A stretch of 64,000 nucleotides of DNA from an uncultured virus (IMG/VR IMGVR_UViG_3300015360_000026) (IMGVR_UViG_3300015360_000026), one strand, 5' to 3'; counted from the stretch's first letter, positions 7,686 to 16,851 are shown. A program made the numbers and translations. Notes: generated from the sequence alone by a model not told the origin.

Positions 7686-8575
7686 TGGGAAAGTAACTCC
7701 GTAACCCGCTCCACCTTGTCGTTCGGCTCGCCGACCGGGTAAAGGTCGTCGGGCCACGGCCGGTTCGGGGACGCCTCGTAGGCGATGGCGTCGGAACCGC
7801 TGATGGTGAGTGTGGGTGCATCCCAACGGTAATGAAATGCGAGGAGTTCGTCAATCTTGGCCTTACGGTCTGAGGCCATGATCCAGTCCCGCTTCCGGGC
7901 GTTGGGGGCAGCCGTTGCGATCTGCCGGTGCTGCTCATACCCGCGACCGTTGTCGCCCCGGACGCCGACGATGTGGTGGAACGGCAAACCAGGCACCGTC
8001 GCCAGGCGGACCCGGCTTTCGCCCAGCTTCCGCACCAGGTCGACCAGAGGCTGCTCGCGGTTGCTGTACGAGACCTCGGGCCACAGTTCCCTGCGGCCCA
8101 TGAGCGTCGAGATGGCCCCCCGCTCCTCGGGGTGACCGGTGGGGTTCTGGTAGTTGACGAAGAACAGCTCGTGCGAGTCATAGAAGTAGTAGAGGCTGTC
8201 CTCCAACATCGTCATCGCCTCGGGTACGGTCAGCTGCCGCTTCATCTGGTCCCGGAGACGGTACTCGTGGTTCTGGTTGTCGTCGTCCCAGATCGCCAGG
8301 TACTCGCCGTAGGACATCGCCATCGCGTGCACGACGCCCTCGCACCCGACTCGGACCGATCGCTTATAGACACGGATCTTCACGTCGTGGGGGAGGTTCA
8401 TGTACATCCACGACCGAATACCGTCCACGTAGGAGGCGTCGTTGGCGACGATCACCAACTCCTTGTTGGCATAGGACTGACCCTGGAAGTTCAGGATCGC
8501 CCGCTGGAGCAAGCCCCAGCGGTCGGGCTTGCTGACGCACATGCAGCTCACAAGAGGCTCGTCGGACATGTCCAC
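7682..8575 (-). CDS. glycosyltransferase family 2
   Basis: PLVSCMCVS, QSYANKELVIV, GEYLAIWDDD. Confidence 0.85.
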   Translation of the reverse strand: MDMSDEPLVSCMCVSKPDRWGLLQRAILNFQGQSYANKELVIVANDASYVDGIRSWMYMNLPHDVKIRVYKRSVRVGCEGVVHAMAMSYGEYLAIWDDDNQNHEYRLRDQMKRQLTVPEAMTMLEDSLYYFYDSHELFFVNYQNPTGHPEERGAISTLMGRRELWPEVSYSNREQPLVDLVRKLGESRVRLATVPGLPFHHIVGVRGDNGRGYEQHRQIATAAPNARKRDWIMASDRKAKIDELLAFHYRWDAPTLTISGSDAIAYEASPNRPWPDDLYPVGEPNDKVERVTELLSQ

Positions 8576-8578
8576 TCC

Positions 8579-9163
8579 CTATGCGACCCCGCTGACGACC
8601 AGCGAGTCGGCCATGTGTTTCGTCTCTTCACTCTCCCGGAGGTCCAGGGCTTCGATGGAGTTGACCCGAACCATGCGGGAATTGCGAGAGCACTTTGTCC
8701 AGTTCGCCGTCCGGTGAGCAATGATCCCGTCGACCCGAACGTCCACGTCACAAAGGTCGAACTTGCTGACCCCCATGTCGACGTACGCCTGCTTACGGAG
8801 CGTGGTAACGGCGAGGTCCACCTTGGTGTGCTTCAAGTGCTCCAGACACTCCTCGGCCCGGATCAGGTCCATGAACGGCGTGCAGGCGTTGATGAGGACG
8901 GCCGATGCGTGCTTGCCTTGGCGGGCATGGCCGGCCAAGATCTCGTCCCACTTCGAGTCGTCCTTCTCAGGGAGGGAGACGAACAGGTTGGCGTCGAGGA
9001 GTTCCTGGCACTGGGGGAGGTACTTCTCGAACGTCACGCAGGCGACGCGGCCAACGCCACGGACCTCGGAGATCTTCTTGAAAACTCTCTCCACGACAGG
9101 GAGGGAGCCGAGCCAGGTGAAGACGACGGGGTCAAGGGCAAGGACGCAGGCGAGGGTCGACAT
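8579..9163 (-). CDS. divergent cytidylyltransferase (CMP-NeuAc synthetase-like fold)
   Basis: LINACTPF resembles LQPTSPL; EALDL.ESEE resembles SIDID..ED; N-terminal motif eroded. Confidence 0.55.
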   Translation of the reverse strand: MSTLACVLALDPVVFTWLGSLPVVERVFKKISEVRGVGRVACVTFEKYLPQCQELLDANLFVSLPEKDDSKWDEILAGHARQGKHASAVLINACTPFMDLIRAEECLEHLKHTKVDLAVTTLRKQAYVDMGVSKFDLCDVDVRVDGIIAHRTANWTKCSRNSRMVRVNSIEALDLRESEETKHMADSLVVSGVA

Positions 9164-9165
9164 TA

Positions 9166-9822
9166 TTACTCCATTGATTTCGGGGGAGGTGGTCGCGGTC
9201 GGGGCGGCTTACTTTCTTTAGGCCGATCCCGTTCGCGTCGCTCGATTTTGCCGTTCACGTGGTAGACGGTCGAGGCCCCGTCTTCGTTCAACACAACAAG
9301 TCTGTCTGCGGCGGTGAAGGTGATGACCAGGCCCTTGGGAATGTCTACAACGCCGTCGTCGAGTACCACCAGTTGGCCCAGCCCCTCCTTCTGCGTGACG
9401 ACCGGCGTCGACGAGCGTCGCAACCGCTCCCCGATCCGTTTGTTCAGTTCTCTCTCGTCGGGCAAGGCGGCTTGCGTGCGGTCAACCAACTCCTGTCGGC
9501 CGTCGGGGCCGTCGAGGTAACTGGTCCCATCGGGGTTGACGACAACGGAGTAGCCCGGTGCCCCCGCGATCAGGGTGCGGCGAGGCTGAGGTTTCAAATC
9601 GTCCCGGACTTCCCGTGGCATTGACGCCACGGGCAAGGACAGGGCGAAGGGTGCGGTGGTTCGAGGCTCGGGAATCCGTTCCCTCGGTGGCTGTCGCGGC
9701 TCGGGCGTCCGTTCGGCGTCGGGCAACCCCACGACCAGTAGGGTGACCATCCCGCCGAGACCGCCCGAGATCAGCACGCCGCAGAAAAGAACGGTCCAGA
9801 GGTTGGACCGTTTACGCCTCAT
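9166..9822 (-). CDS. membrane-anchored hypothetical protein
   Basis: N-terminal TM segment, Pro-rich linker, beta-hairpin-like repeats. Confidence 0.6.
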   Translation of the reverse strand: MRRKRSNLWTVLFCGVLISGGLGGMVTLLVVGLPDAERTPEPRQPPRERIPEPRTTAPFALSLPVASMPREVRDDLKPQPRRTLIAGAPGYSVVVNPDGTSYLDGPDGRQELVDRTQAALPDERELNKRIGERLRRSSTPVVTQKEGLGQLVVLDDGVVDIPKGLVITFTAADRLVVLNEDGASTVYHVNGKIERRERDRPKESKPPRPRPPPPKSME

Positions 9823-10631
9823 TAGAAGAGATCCTCCGCAGCGAGGTGCTGCCGAACGATGCTGGGGCCGGACTTGAGCAGCTCATCGTAGTTGATGATC
9901 CGCTCCTGCATGGAGCGGTTCCGCAAGCGGCGGATGTTGGGACGCGGGATGCGACGCGGTGACAGGTCGAGGAACTCGAACACCCGCTGCATCTCACTCT
10001 CGAAGTGCAGAGTCAGATCCTTGTACCGGACGAGGAGCTGGTCCTCGCTGCTGGCCTGGACCTTGGCCCGCGTCGACTCCCAGTCCCACACGAAGGCCGT
10101 CAGCTCAGCCGAGTCAAGGCGAATCGCTGAAGGGCGGACGTGGGACAGAGGTTCGCCGCCGCCGACGAACCACCGCTGGGTCTTCTCGGCCTGCTTCTTC
10201 GACACGAAACAAGCAATCGGGTTACGGAGGACGTGGACGACACAGAAGTCGCCCTCGTGCGTCCGCTGCTTGAACAGGTCGTACAGCTCGTACTGTCGCA
10301 CCGCCGCGTACGGGGTACGGACGCCGATCACCCGTTCGTCGTGGAGCGGGTTGTCGAACACCTGGTTGGCCAGGTAGCGGTTAGGATTGGTCTCGGGCGT
10401 GAACCACTCGGGCAGCCGAGCGGGGTCCCGCGTCGGGCCGAAGTATGCCTCGTGGGACGCCCGACGGATCGCCTCACTCGGGTTGAACAGGTTAAGGTGG
10501 CAAACCGCCTCCCCAAGCTGATTGATGACGCCCTGAACAACCGCCGCACCGCTCCGCACCTCGCCGACCAGGGCGAAGTTGAGGACAGTCGCCGGTCGTT
10601 TGGACGAAGACGCTGACATGGCACTTAACAT
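9822..10631 (-). CDS. sulfotransferase (Stf0-like)
   Basis: FALVGEVRSG (PSB-loop-like), VVHVLRNPIACFVS..QA, VRYKDL, RVFEFL, IINYDEL. Confidence 0.75.
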   Translation of the reverse strand: MLSAMSASSSKRPATVLNFALVGEVRSGAAVVQGVINQLGEAVCHLNLFNPSEAIRRASHEAYFGPTRDPARLPEWFTPETNPNRYLANQVFDNPLHDERVIGVRTPYAAVRQYELYDLFKQRTHEGDFCVVHVLRNPIACFVSKKQAEKTQRWFVGGGEPLSHVRPSAIRLDSAELTAFVWDWESTRAKVQASSEDQLLVRYKDLTLHFESEMQRVFEFLDLSPRRIPRPNIRRLRNRSMQERIINYDELLKSGPSIVRQHLAAEDLF

Positions 10632-10697
10632 CCTTCAAATCTCCGTGAAGGTAGTGGACTCGCCCTGGCATACTAGCCGTGGCAGTTGATACGAAAC

Positions 10698-11858
10698 TCA
10701 GACGACAGGTGCAGTCCTTACACCCGTCACGAGATCCGTCTCGTCCACAACCCTCTTGGTCGCCTTCAACCCCAATCCGTAGGTGTCGCACAACGCGGTC
10801 AGGTACGCCACGTCCGCGTCCCCGAACCCGCAGTAACCCTTGTACTCGGGACCGCCGAAGGCCCCCATGAACTCCTCCTGGGGCCGTCGGTTGCGGTCGT
10901 AGTAGAACCCGACCGACAGCATGTGGGCCGGCAGCACGTCGCCGACGAGCACGCCCACGGCCGGGACCGGTGCGTTGTCGATGACGACCCGCTTGTGAGC
11001 GGAGTGCTTCTTCCAGAACTCGGTCAGCTCGTCGTCGGCGTCCTCGTCGTACCGCTGGTGACTCCGCACGTGGAGCATCGTCGTGCTAATCCCGTTTTCG
11101 TCCTCGTGCAGGAAGATCGTCGACGTCTTGATGTTGATGCGGACCTGCCGCTTGAGCATCGTCGTCAGCGAGTCCGTGCGGAGGGCCATCTGGTACATGA
11201 GCCGCATCGGGTGCGAGTTCTCATCGTCCTCCCAGTTGGCGATGTAGTCCCCCGTGGCGATCTTGAGCCCCTCGTTTCGCATCGCCCCGTAGCCCATGAG
11301 TGGCACACGGTGCTCGGTAATCTCGGGGTGGTCCCACGGCACCACGATCGTCGGCAGGGACACCTCCTTCGTGACGCCGTTTGCGTCCGTGGTGGTGACG
11401 ACCTCGGGCACCGGGTCGATGCCGTTGATAATGATGAGTTGCTTGCGGGGGTAGACCTGCTTGAGGAAGCAGGTGACGGCCTGCCGGGCGTGGTTCACCC
11501 GACGCGGGTCCTTGATGACCATCAGGGCCGTGACCATCGGCTGCCGCACCGACGGGGGCGGCAGGTTCGCCCGAGGTGAGGCAGCCACCGTTGGAACTGG
11601 CCGCTCGGTGAGGGCAGCCACACGCGGGACCACGGCGGACTCTTCGGGCAGCGACTCGACCTGGGTGACCCGTCGCTCAGACTTCGGGGCATCCGGTATT
11701 GACGATGAGGCCATGATCGTGCCGGGCTTGATGGCCGGGACGACCCCCAGTCTCTCCTGCTCCTTCTTCTTCTCCAGCATCGCCGCGAGTTGTTCAGAAC
11801 TCATGGCCTGCAAAAAGGCTTCCATGGGCAGACGTGCGGTCGCTTGAGACGTAGACAT
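10698..11858 (-). CDS. glycosyltransferase family 2 with low-complexity N-terminus
   Basis: FLKQVYPRKQLIII, GAMRNEGL..ATGDYIANWEDD..SHP.RL. Confidence 0.85.
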   Translation of the reverse strand: MSTSQATARLPMEAFLQAMSSEQLAAMLEKKKEQERLGVVPAIKPGTIMASSSIPDAPKSERRVTQVESLPEESAVVPRVAALTERPVPTVAASPRANLPPPSVRQPMVTALMVIKDPRRVNHARQAVTCFLKQVYPRKQLIIINGIDPVPEVVTTTDANGVTKEVSLPTIVVPWDHPEITEHRVPLMGYGAMRNEGLKIATGDYIANWEDDENSHPMRLMYQMALRTDSLTTMLKRQVRINIKTSTIFLHEDENGISTTMLHVRSHQRYDEDADDELTEFWKKHSAHKRVVIDNAPVPAVGVLVGDVLPAHMLSVGFYYDRNRRPQEEFMGAFGGPEYKGYCGFGDADVAYLTALCDTYGLGLKATKRVVDETDLVTGVRTAPVV

Positions 11859-12008
11859 CTTGTCTCCGACAGGGATGACTCACCAAACAGTTGATTGGGC
11901 AACATTACCCGAAAAGGGGACACCCGGCAAGCGAAGTTGGCCTGATAAGTGCGTTAAGCCCTCATTTGAGAGCTCAACCAACGGCTTAACGCAAAAACGC
12001 ACGAGAGC

Positions 12009-12698
12009 TTACGCCTCGGCGGATTTCGGCATTTCCACTGGGAACTCACAAAAACCAGGCGAAACGCGAGGCTCACGAGGCACACCCTCCTCATCGGCGT
12101 ACACGGCCTTGGCAGCGTCCACGTCGAGTTGAGCACTGTACTTCTCCCAAGCGAGAACCTTGGCCTCCATTTCGGGTGACAACATGGTCTCACCGGGTTC
12201 GACGGCGATGTCAACCTGCGGCAGCTTCTGCTTACACTGACGCACAGCGTAAACGTCATGTCCGGAGACGAGAGGCTCGGGGTGGTGGGTAGTGTCGACC
12301 GTGATGTCGCCGCCCATCGCTTTTTCGAGCCTGGTCACGGGCCGAGCGTGGATGCTCGCGTCACCATCGTCTTTCTTGTAGGACACGACCATCGGCCCCA
12401 CTTCCACGCCGTGAACGAGTGTGGAACTGTGTCCCGCGTCAGCCTGCTTGACGGCGTACTGCATCGCCTGCTGGAGGCCGAAGTGCGGGTTGTGGATGGT
12501 CGCAATGCCGTCCCGCACCGTGGGCTTAGGCTCGGCCTCTTCGAGGTCGTGCGGCAGTTGCACTGGCACCCGCTCGACAGTCGGCAACTCGGGCACGCGG
12601 AGCAGCCCCAACGTGCGGTAGACCGCCAGCACGCACAGCACCGCCAAGCACAGCAAGATCCCGGTAAGGATCACGGTAACGTCCATATGCGACTCCAA
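12009..12698 (-). CDS. membrane-anchored hypothetical protein
   Basis: N-terminal TM VILTGILLCLAVLCVLAV. Confidence 0.6.
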   Translation of the reverse strand: MESHMDVTVILTGILLCLAVLCVLAVYRTLGLLRVPELPTVERVPVQLPHDLEEAEPKPTVRDGIATIHNPHFGLQQAMQYAVKQADAGHSSTLVHGVEVGPMVVSYKKDDGDASIHARPVTRLEKAMGGDITVDTTHHPEPLVSGHDVYAVRQCKQKLPQVDIAVEPGETMLSPEMEAKVLAWEKYSAQLDVDAAKAVYADEEGVPREPRVSPGFCEFPVEMPKSAEA

Positions 12699-12703
12699 TG
12701 GGT

Positions 12704-12740
12704 AAAAGAAAGAACGGCCCCAGCTTAGCTGGAGCCGTTC
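12704..12740 (-). terminator. intrinsic terminator
   Basis: GAACGGCTCCAGC-TAA-GCTGGGGCCGTTC then TTTCTTTT on minus strand. Confidence 0.8.
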
Positions 12741-12750
12741 GTGTGGTCGA

Positions 12751-12848
12751 GTCAGGTGAGGACAAAAGACAACGAGTCTATCTCGGCCGTCATTCCCAGT
12801 GGTGTAACTTAGGGTTTTCGTGACAGTAACCGAGAATCCTCACCTGAC
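12751..12848 (-). ncRNA. putative ~98-nt structured RNA
   Basis: perfect 12-bp closing stem GTCAGGTGAGGA/TCCTCACCTGAC with nested helices; terminator 10 nt downstream. Confidence 0.55.
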
Positions 12849-12858
12849 CCTTATCGGG

Positions 12859-13731
12859 TCACACCTTTACGGTGCGGGCGATGGCTTGTCGCGTCTCGGA
12901 CAGGCCGTTCTTCGCCGCCGGTGTGTTGGTGAGGCACTCCAAGATCTGCCACTCCTCGGGGGTCGGTGGCGGGTCGAACGTGCGGAGGTGAGTGGTCACC
13001 TGGTCCCAAACCTTCCATTGGCCCTGGAGGTCGGCGATCGGGATCGTGCACTTGGACGTCGGTCCGAAGGCCACGTCGGACTCGACGATGCGGATACGAG
13101 GGGGCTCGGCCATGACTGCCTTCCATTCTTGGGTGTTGGGGTTGCACCCGTTCGCCACGTAGTCCTTCACCGCCCGGATCTGGTTCTCCCAGTAGGCGAT
13201 GAACTCGGCTGCGGCCTCGGGTGTGGCGGACGCCATGCGGCGGCTGGCAGGGGTGTCGTCGGAGCAGCCGCCGTACGGCGACCGGAGGAAGAAGATGGTC
13301 TCCTGGGTCTTGTCGGGCCAGCACTCGGTGTCGAAGCCGACTTCCCGGAACGTGTCCTTGACGATCTTCTTACCGGGGCAGCCCTCGACCGCGATGCTCG
13401 TTATCTCGTCCGGCACAGTGGTAGTCTCCAGGCACTTTTGGTGGGCGAACTCTTCGCCGTAGTTGAACACGAACACGCCCTTAGCCTGATACGATCCTCG
13501 GCAAACCCGACAGACGTTGAGGAGCTGAGCCTCCTTGACGCTGAGTGTGCCGGTCATCCTCGCCAGGCACGCGGCACGAAGCTCTTTCATCTTCGCACGC
13601 ATGTGGGCCAGCTGGTCCTCGTGCGTGTGGTACGCCGCACGAAGCCACTTCAGGGCTTCCTTGTCGCCGTACTTGAGCACTCGCTCGATCTGCTCGTTGG
13701 CCTGCTTGATCTCTTCGTCTGTGCGTGGCAT
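12859..13731 (-). CDS. hypothetical protein
   Basis: 290 aa; CRVC...HQKC. Confidence 0.65.
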   Translation of the reverse strand: MPRTDEEIKQANEQIERVLKYGDKEALKWLRAAYHTHEDQLAHMRAKMKELRAACLARMTGTLSVKEAQLLNVCRVCRGSYQAKGVFVFNYGEEFAHQKCLETTTVPDEITSIAVEGCPGKKIVKDTFREVGFDTECWPDKTQETIFFLRSPYGGCSDDTPASRRMASATPEAAAEFIAYWENQIRAVKDYVANGCNPNTQEWKAVMAEPPRIRIVESDVAFGPTSKCTIPIADLQGQWKVWDQVTTHLRTFDPPPTPEEWQILECLTNTPAAKNGLSETRQAIARTVKV

Positions 13732-13739
13732 GGAGTTGA

Positions 13740-13813
13740 ACCCACCGGCGGGACTCGAACCCGCATAATCCCGCTTAGAAGGCGGTCGCTCTACGCGATT
13801 GAGCTACGGGAGG
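13740..13813 (-). tRNA. tRNA-Arg(UCU)
   Basis: AGCUCAA D-arm, CCGC-CUUCUAA-GCGG anticodon arm, GCGGG-UUCGAGU-CCCGC T-arm; one acceptor mismatch; no encoded CCA. Confidence 0.88.
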
Positions 13814-13817
13814 ATAG

Positions 13818-13889
13818 TCGGGGTGGCAGGACTCGAACCTGCGACTTCATGGTTATGAGCCATGCGAGCTGCCTCTGCTCTACACCCCA
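13818..13889 (-). tRNA. tRNA-Met(CAU), initiator-like D arm
   Basis: UGGGGUG/CACCCCG acceptor, CAUGG-CUCAUAA-CCAUG, GCAGG-UUCGAGU-CCUGC. Confidence 0.9.
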
Positions 13890-13895
13890 ATAGTA

Positions 13896-13995
13896 CGTCT
13901 GCTGCATCCAAGGACTACAGCAGACGCCCTGTGGCCACGCTGGCGATCCTTCGCCACCGCGACAGCGGAGAATCTACCCAAGGCGGTAGACCCGC
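13896..13995 (-). ncRNA. three-hairpin structured element upstream of the tRNAs
   Basis: hairpins CGUCUGCUGUA/UGCAGCAGACG, UGGCG-AAGGAU-CGCCA and UCUACC-GCCUUG-GGUAGA fill the spacer. Confidence 0.5.
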
Positions 13996-14015
13996 ACAAG
14001 TCCAAAAGCCAGTTT

Positions 14016-14249
14016 CTACACCTTCATCGCGACCTTCTTCGCTTCCTTGATCATCGCGTCGATGACGGTGTCTAGCCGCTTGTGCAAGTTGCACCGCAGA
14101 CGCGGGTGGTCGATCACGGTCGGCGTCATCGACATCACCTGGGACGACTCGACGTCGGAGCACTTCTCAGCCCGCCCGTCGAACGTGACCACGTACACCT
14201 CGCACTTGACTAGGACCGTTGCCATTTTGATTTCGTCGGCGTTGAGCAT
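14016..14249 (-). CDS. hypothetical protein
   Basis: MLNADEIK..., 77 aa. Confidence 0.55.
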   Translation of the reverse strand: MLNADEIKMATVLVKCEVYVVTFDGRAEKCSDVESSQVMSMTPTVIDHPRLRCNLHKRLDTVIDAMIKEAKKVAMKV

Positions 14250-14254
14250 GGTGA

Positions 14255-15040
14255 CTACTTCTCTGGTGTGATCGACTCCTTTGCTAATGTAGGCCCGCTG
14301 ACGTGTTCCAACCACACCTGATACACCGCCAAGACGGTTGCCAGCCGAACGCCGGGCCGATTGTTGAAGTACGTGTAGTCGTCGTGGTGGGCCGGGTTCC
14401 ACCGGCTGTTCTGCAACGCCCCGCCGTCCTGGGTGCCGTGGCCGATGTGGTGTACGACGCTGCCGCAGTCCGTAGTCTCGTCCGTAAATAGCTGCATGTC
14501 CCGAAACAGCGACGACAGGAAGTAGGCAGCGAAGTAGTTGCCGTCGGTGACGTTACGGACGTGCTCGGTCTCACGGAACACGGACCGGAAGAACTCGGGC
14601 GTCACCCGCAGCCAGTCGAGGTCGACGACGCCAAAGTTGAACCAGTTGGGCCAGTAGTCATCACCGCCGTGGTTGCCCATCCACGTGCCCGCGTGCTTGC
14701 CCCTGTTGCTTAACTCGGACACGAACCGACACACTTCTCGCTTATCGAGCAAGACCATGTCGTCGTGCATGAGTAAGGCGTACCTGGCATCGCTCTTGAT
14801 GGCCGCTGCGAGGCCCAGCAGGTTGCCCATGACGTGGTGCAGGTTGACCTGCGTCCACAGGTGGGTGTTAAGGCTGTCCGCTTCCTTGGTCGGCGGGCCG
14901 TTGGACCCGAGCGGGTCGTTGTCGACCACGATCGTCTGCATCGACCCGCACGTGGACTTGAGGGCCAGGTCCAGGTACTTGCGGCCAGGCTTGTACTCCC
15001 CGGCCGCGACGATCACTACTGCCATCTCATCCCACGTCAT
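14255..15040 (-). CDS. GT2-like glycosyltransferase
   Basis: IVVDND, YALLMHDDMVL, VHHIG. Confidence 0.65.
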   Translation of the reverse strand: MTWDEMAVVIVAAGEYKPGRKYLDLALKSTCGSMQTIVVDNDPLGSNGPPTKEADSLNTHLWTQVNLHHVMGNLLGLAAAIKSDARYALLMHDDMVLLDKREVCRFVSELSNRGKHAGTWMGNHGGDDYWPNWFNFGVVDLDWLRVTPEFFRSVFRETEHVRNVTDGNYFAAYFLSSLFRDMQLFTDETTDCGSVVHHIGHGTQDGGALQNSRWNPAHHDDYTYFNNRPGVRLATVLAVYQVWLEHVSGPTLAKESITPEK

Positions 15041-15776
15041 CCGGCACCTCGACGGTCATGTCACGCATGTACTTCCGACTCTTGACCCCGGCATAGGGGT
15101 CCCACACAGAGCCGAAGTCGATCAAGGACAGCCGCTGCCCCGCCCAGGCGTGCATCTCATGGATCAGGAGCTTGGCGGGCATGCCTGCCGAGAACGACAC
15201 CACGCTCCCCACGGGTAGCGACTCGGTCGCCGCCTTGACCTCACGCAGCAGGTGGTCGCGGGAGATGTAGCTGTTCTTCGGGGGGACGGTGATGAACTCC
15301 CGGTAGCCCAGGAACTTCTTCAGGCGGGAGAGGTGCGGAGGACCAACCATCACCAGGGGCACGGACCGCAGGGCTTCGAGCATCGGGCCGAACGTCCTCG
15401 CCTGGGAGGCGTTGTGGAACACGTCGGCGTCGATCCAGTCGAGCACGTTCAGGTAGTTCTGGTCGATCCAGGATTCGATGCGGCCGTCGAACACGCGGCG
15501 GGCAAGGCCCTGGAGGCCGAGCACATAGGGCGGCTTGGCCAGCAGGACGTTCTTCAGTTCGGCACCCATCTGCGGGAAGTACCGGTGGCCGTCGCAGTTC
15601 TGGCCACGGTCCCGGCCGAAGACGGAGTACCATTCTCCGTCGCCCCACCGGCTGAAGGTCACCGGCTGCCGTGCTACAACCTTCGCCACAAACTCTTCCA
15701 GCGGTCGTTCCTTGACCTGCATGAGTATCACCTGGTGAGGGGCCACTGGGGGCTTGACGGCCTGAGCCGCATCCAT
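15027..15776 (-). CDS. GT-D fold glycosyltransferase (DUF1792-like)
   Basis: FSRWGDGEW, VPPKNSY, SAGMPAK, IDFGSVWD. Confidence 0.8.
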   Translation of the reverse strand: MDAAQAVKPPVAPHQVILMQVKERPLEEFVAKVVARQPVTFSRWGDGEWYSVFGRDRGQNCDGHRYFPQMGAELKNVLLAKPPYVLGLQGLARRVFDGRIESWIDQNYLNVLDWIDADVFHNASQARTFGPMLEALRSVPLVMVGPPHLSRLKKFLGYREFITVPPKNSYISRDHLLREVKAATESLPVGSVVSFSAGMPAKLLIHEMHAWAGQRLSLIDFGSVWDPYAGVKSRKYMRDMTVEVPDDVG

Positions 15777-16429
15777 TGCCCCATTTTACCCCACTCCGGC
15801 ATCTGGTGCAGAGCAGGAGCCTGTCGCACCCGCGTGATCCGGGTCAGCGTCCGCACGATCAGGTGCGGATATGCGGCCTTGATGACGTCGATCCCGCCCT
15901 GCTCCCGGTCGAGGACCGCGATCACCGCCGACGGGAAGACACGCTCGCTCCGCTCCAGCTTCTGGAGGGCCTGGATCGTCGAGCCGCCCGTGGTGATCAC
16001 GTCCTCCAGGAGGACGCAGGCGTTGGTCCGCTTGTTCTCCGTCTTGAACTCCACGCCCGAGTACGCCGACCCGCGAACGAGTGCGTCCTCGCCGTCCACC
16101 GAGCGAGCCGTGCCGTGAGCCTTGGCCTCCATGCGAACGATGAGGGCGGGCAGCAACTGCCCGTACTCCCACGCCACCTGTGACACGCCCGACGCCAAGG
16201 GCACCGCCCCGACGGCCACACCGGCGAAGCAGTCGATGTCGTGCACGCCCGCCAGGGCCTCGCGGCACGTCGCCACCATCAAAGCTCGACCGGCACACGG
16301 GTGCAGCAACGCCGTCTTGACGTCGATGTACTCGGTCGACTTCAGGCCCGACGCCAGGGTGAAGTCGCCCGTCTTATAGGAGTAGTGCTTCAACAGGGCG
16401 TCGATGAGGGTGCGTTCGTCTTCCGTCAT
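15728..16429 (-). CDS. pyrE: orotate phosphoribosyltransferase
   Basis: GDFTLASGLKSTEYIDVK, R.EAKAHGT, LLEDVITTGGS, VLDREQGG. Confidence 0.92.
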   Translation of the reverse strand: MTEDERTLIDALLKHYSYKTGDFTLASGLKSTEYIDVKTALLHPCAGRALMVATCREALAGVHDIDCFAGVAVGAVPLASGVSQVAWEYGQLLPALIVRMEAKAHGTARSVDGEDALVRGSAYSGVEFKTENKRTNACVLLEDVITTGGSTIQALQKLERSERVFPSAVIAVLDREQGGIDVIKAAYPHLIVRTLTRITRVRQAPALHQMPEWGKMGQWMRLRPSSPQWPLTR

Positions 16430-16458
16430 GGCGTCTCCACCGTGAGTAAGTGGGTGAT

Positions 16459-16851
16459 TCATTGCGGGATGGGGAGGTGGGCGTAGGCAAACCCCTTGAC
16501 ACCGGCCTCGGCCAGCACCCGCTGGGTCTGCTCGGTTTCCGCCCACTCCTTGGGTGGGTCGGAGACACCGGCGTCCACGTCCTGCCGCGTTATCACGTTC
16601 GCGGCCAGTTCGAGGCTACGCCGGAACCTGGCGACCAGCTCGTCAATGGTGCCGATCCACACGTCGTGTAGGACGTTGATCGTCTTCTCGCAGGCATCGG
16701 TGTCGGTGTCCTTCAGCGAGCAGAGCTTGACCTCCACCTTCCGACTGCACGACTGCGTAATCAGGATCTTGTCCTTCAGCGGGAACAGACTGGCACCGCC
16801 CCCCATGCAGAACCGGGTGGTGTCGATGTTTGGTTTCTTCGCGGGCTCCAC
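16459..16851 (-). CDS. hypothetical protein
   Basis: 130 aa with AGGAG SD. Confidence 0.55.
   Translation of the reverse strand: MEPAKKPNIDTTRFCMGGGASLFPLKDKILITQSCSRKVEVKLCSLKDTDTDACEKTINVLHDVWIGTIDELVARFRRSLELAANVITRQDVDAGVSDPPKEWAETEQTQRVLAEAGVKGFAYAHLPIPQ

Noticed and set aside
12751..12848. Retron msr-msd or DGR interpretation of the inverted-repeat-closed RNAs
   Set aside because: No reverse transcriptase in the window and no TR/VR pair seen
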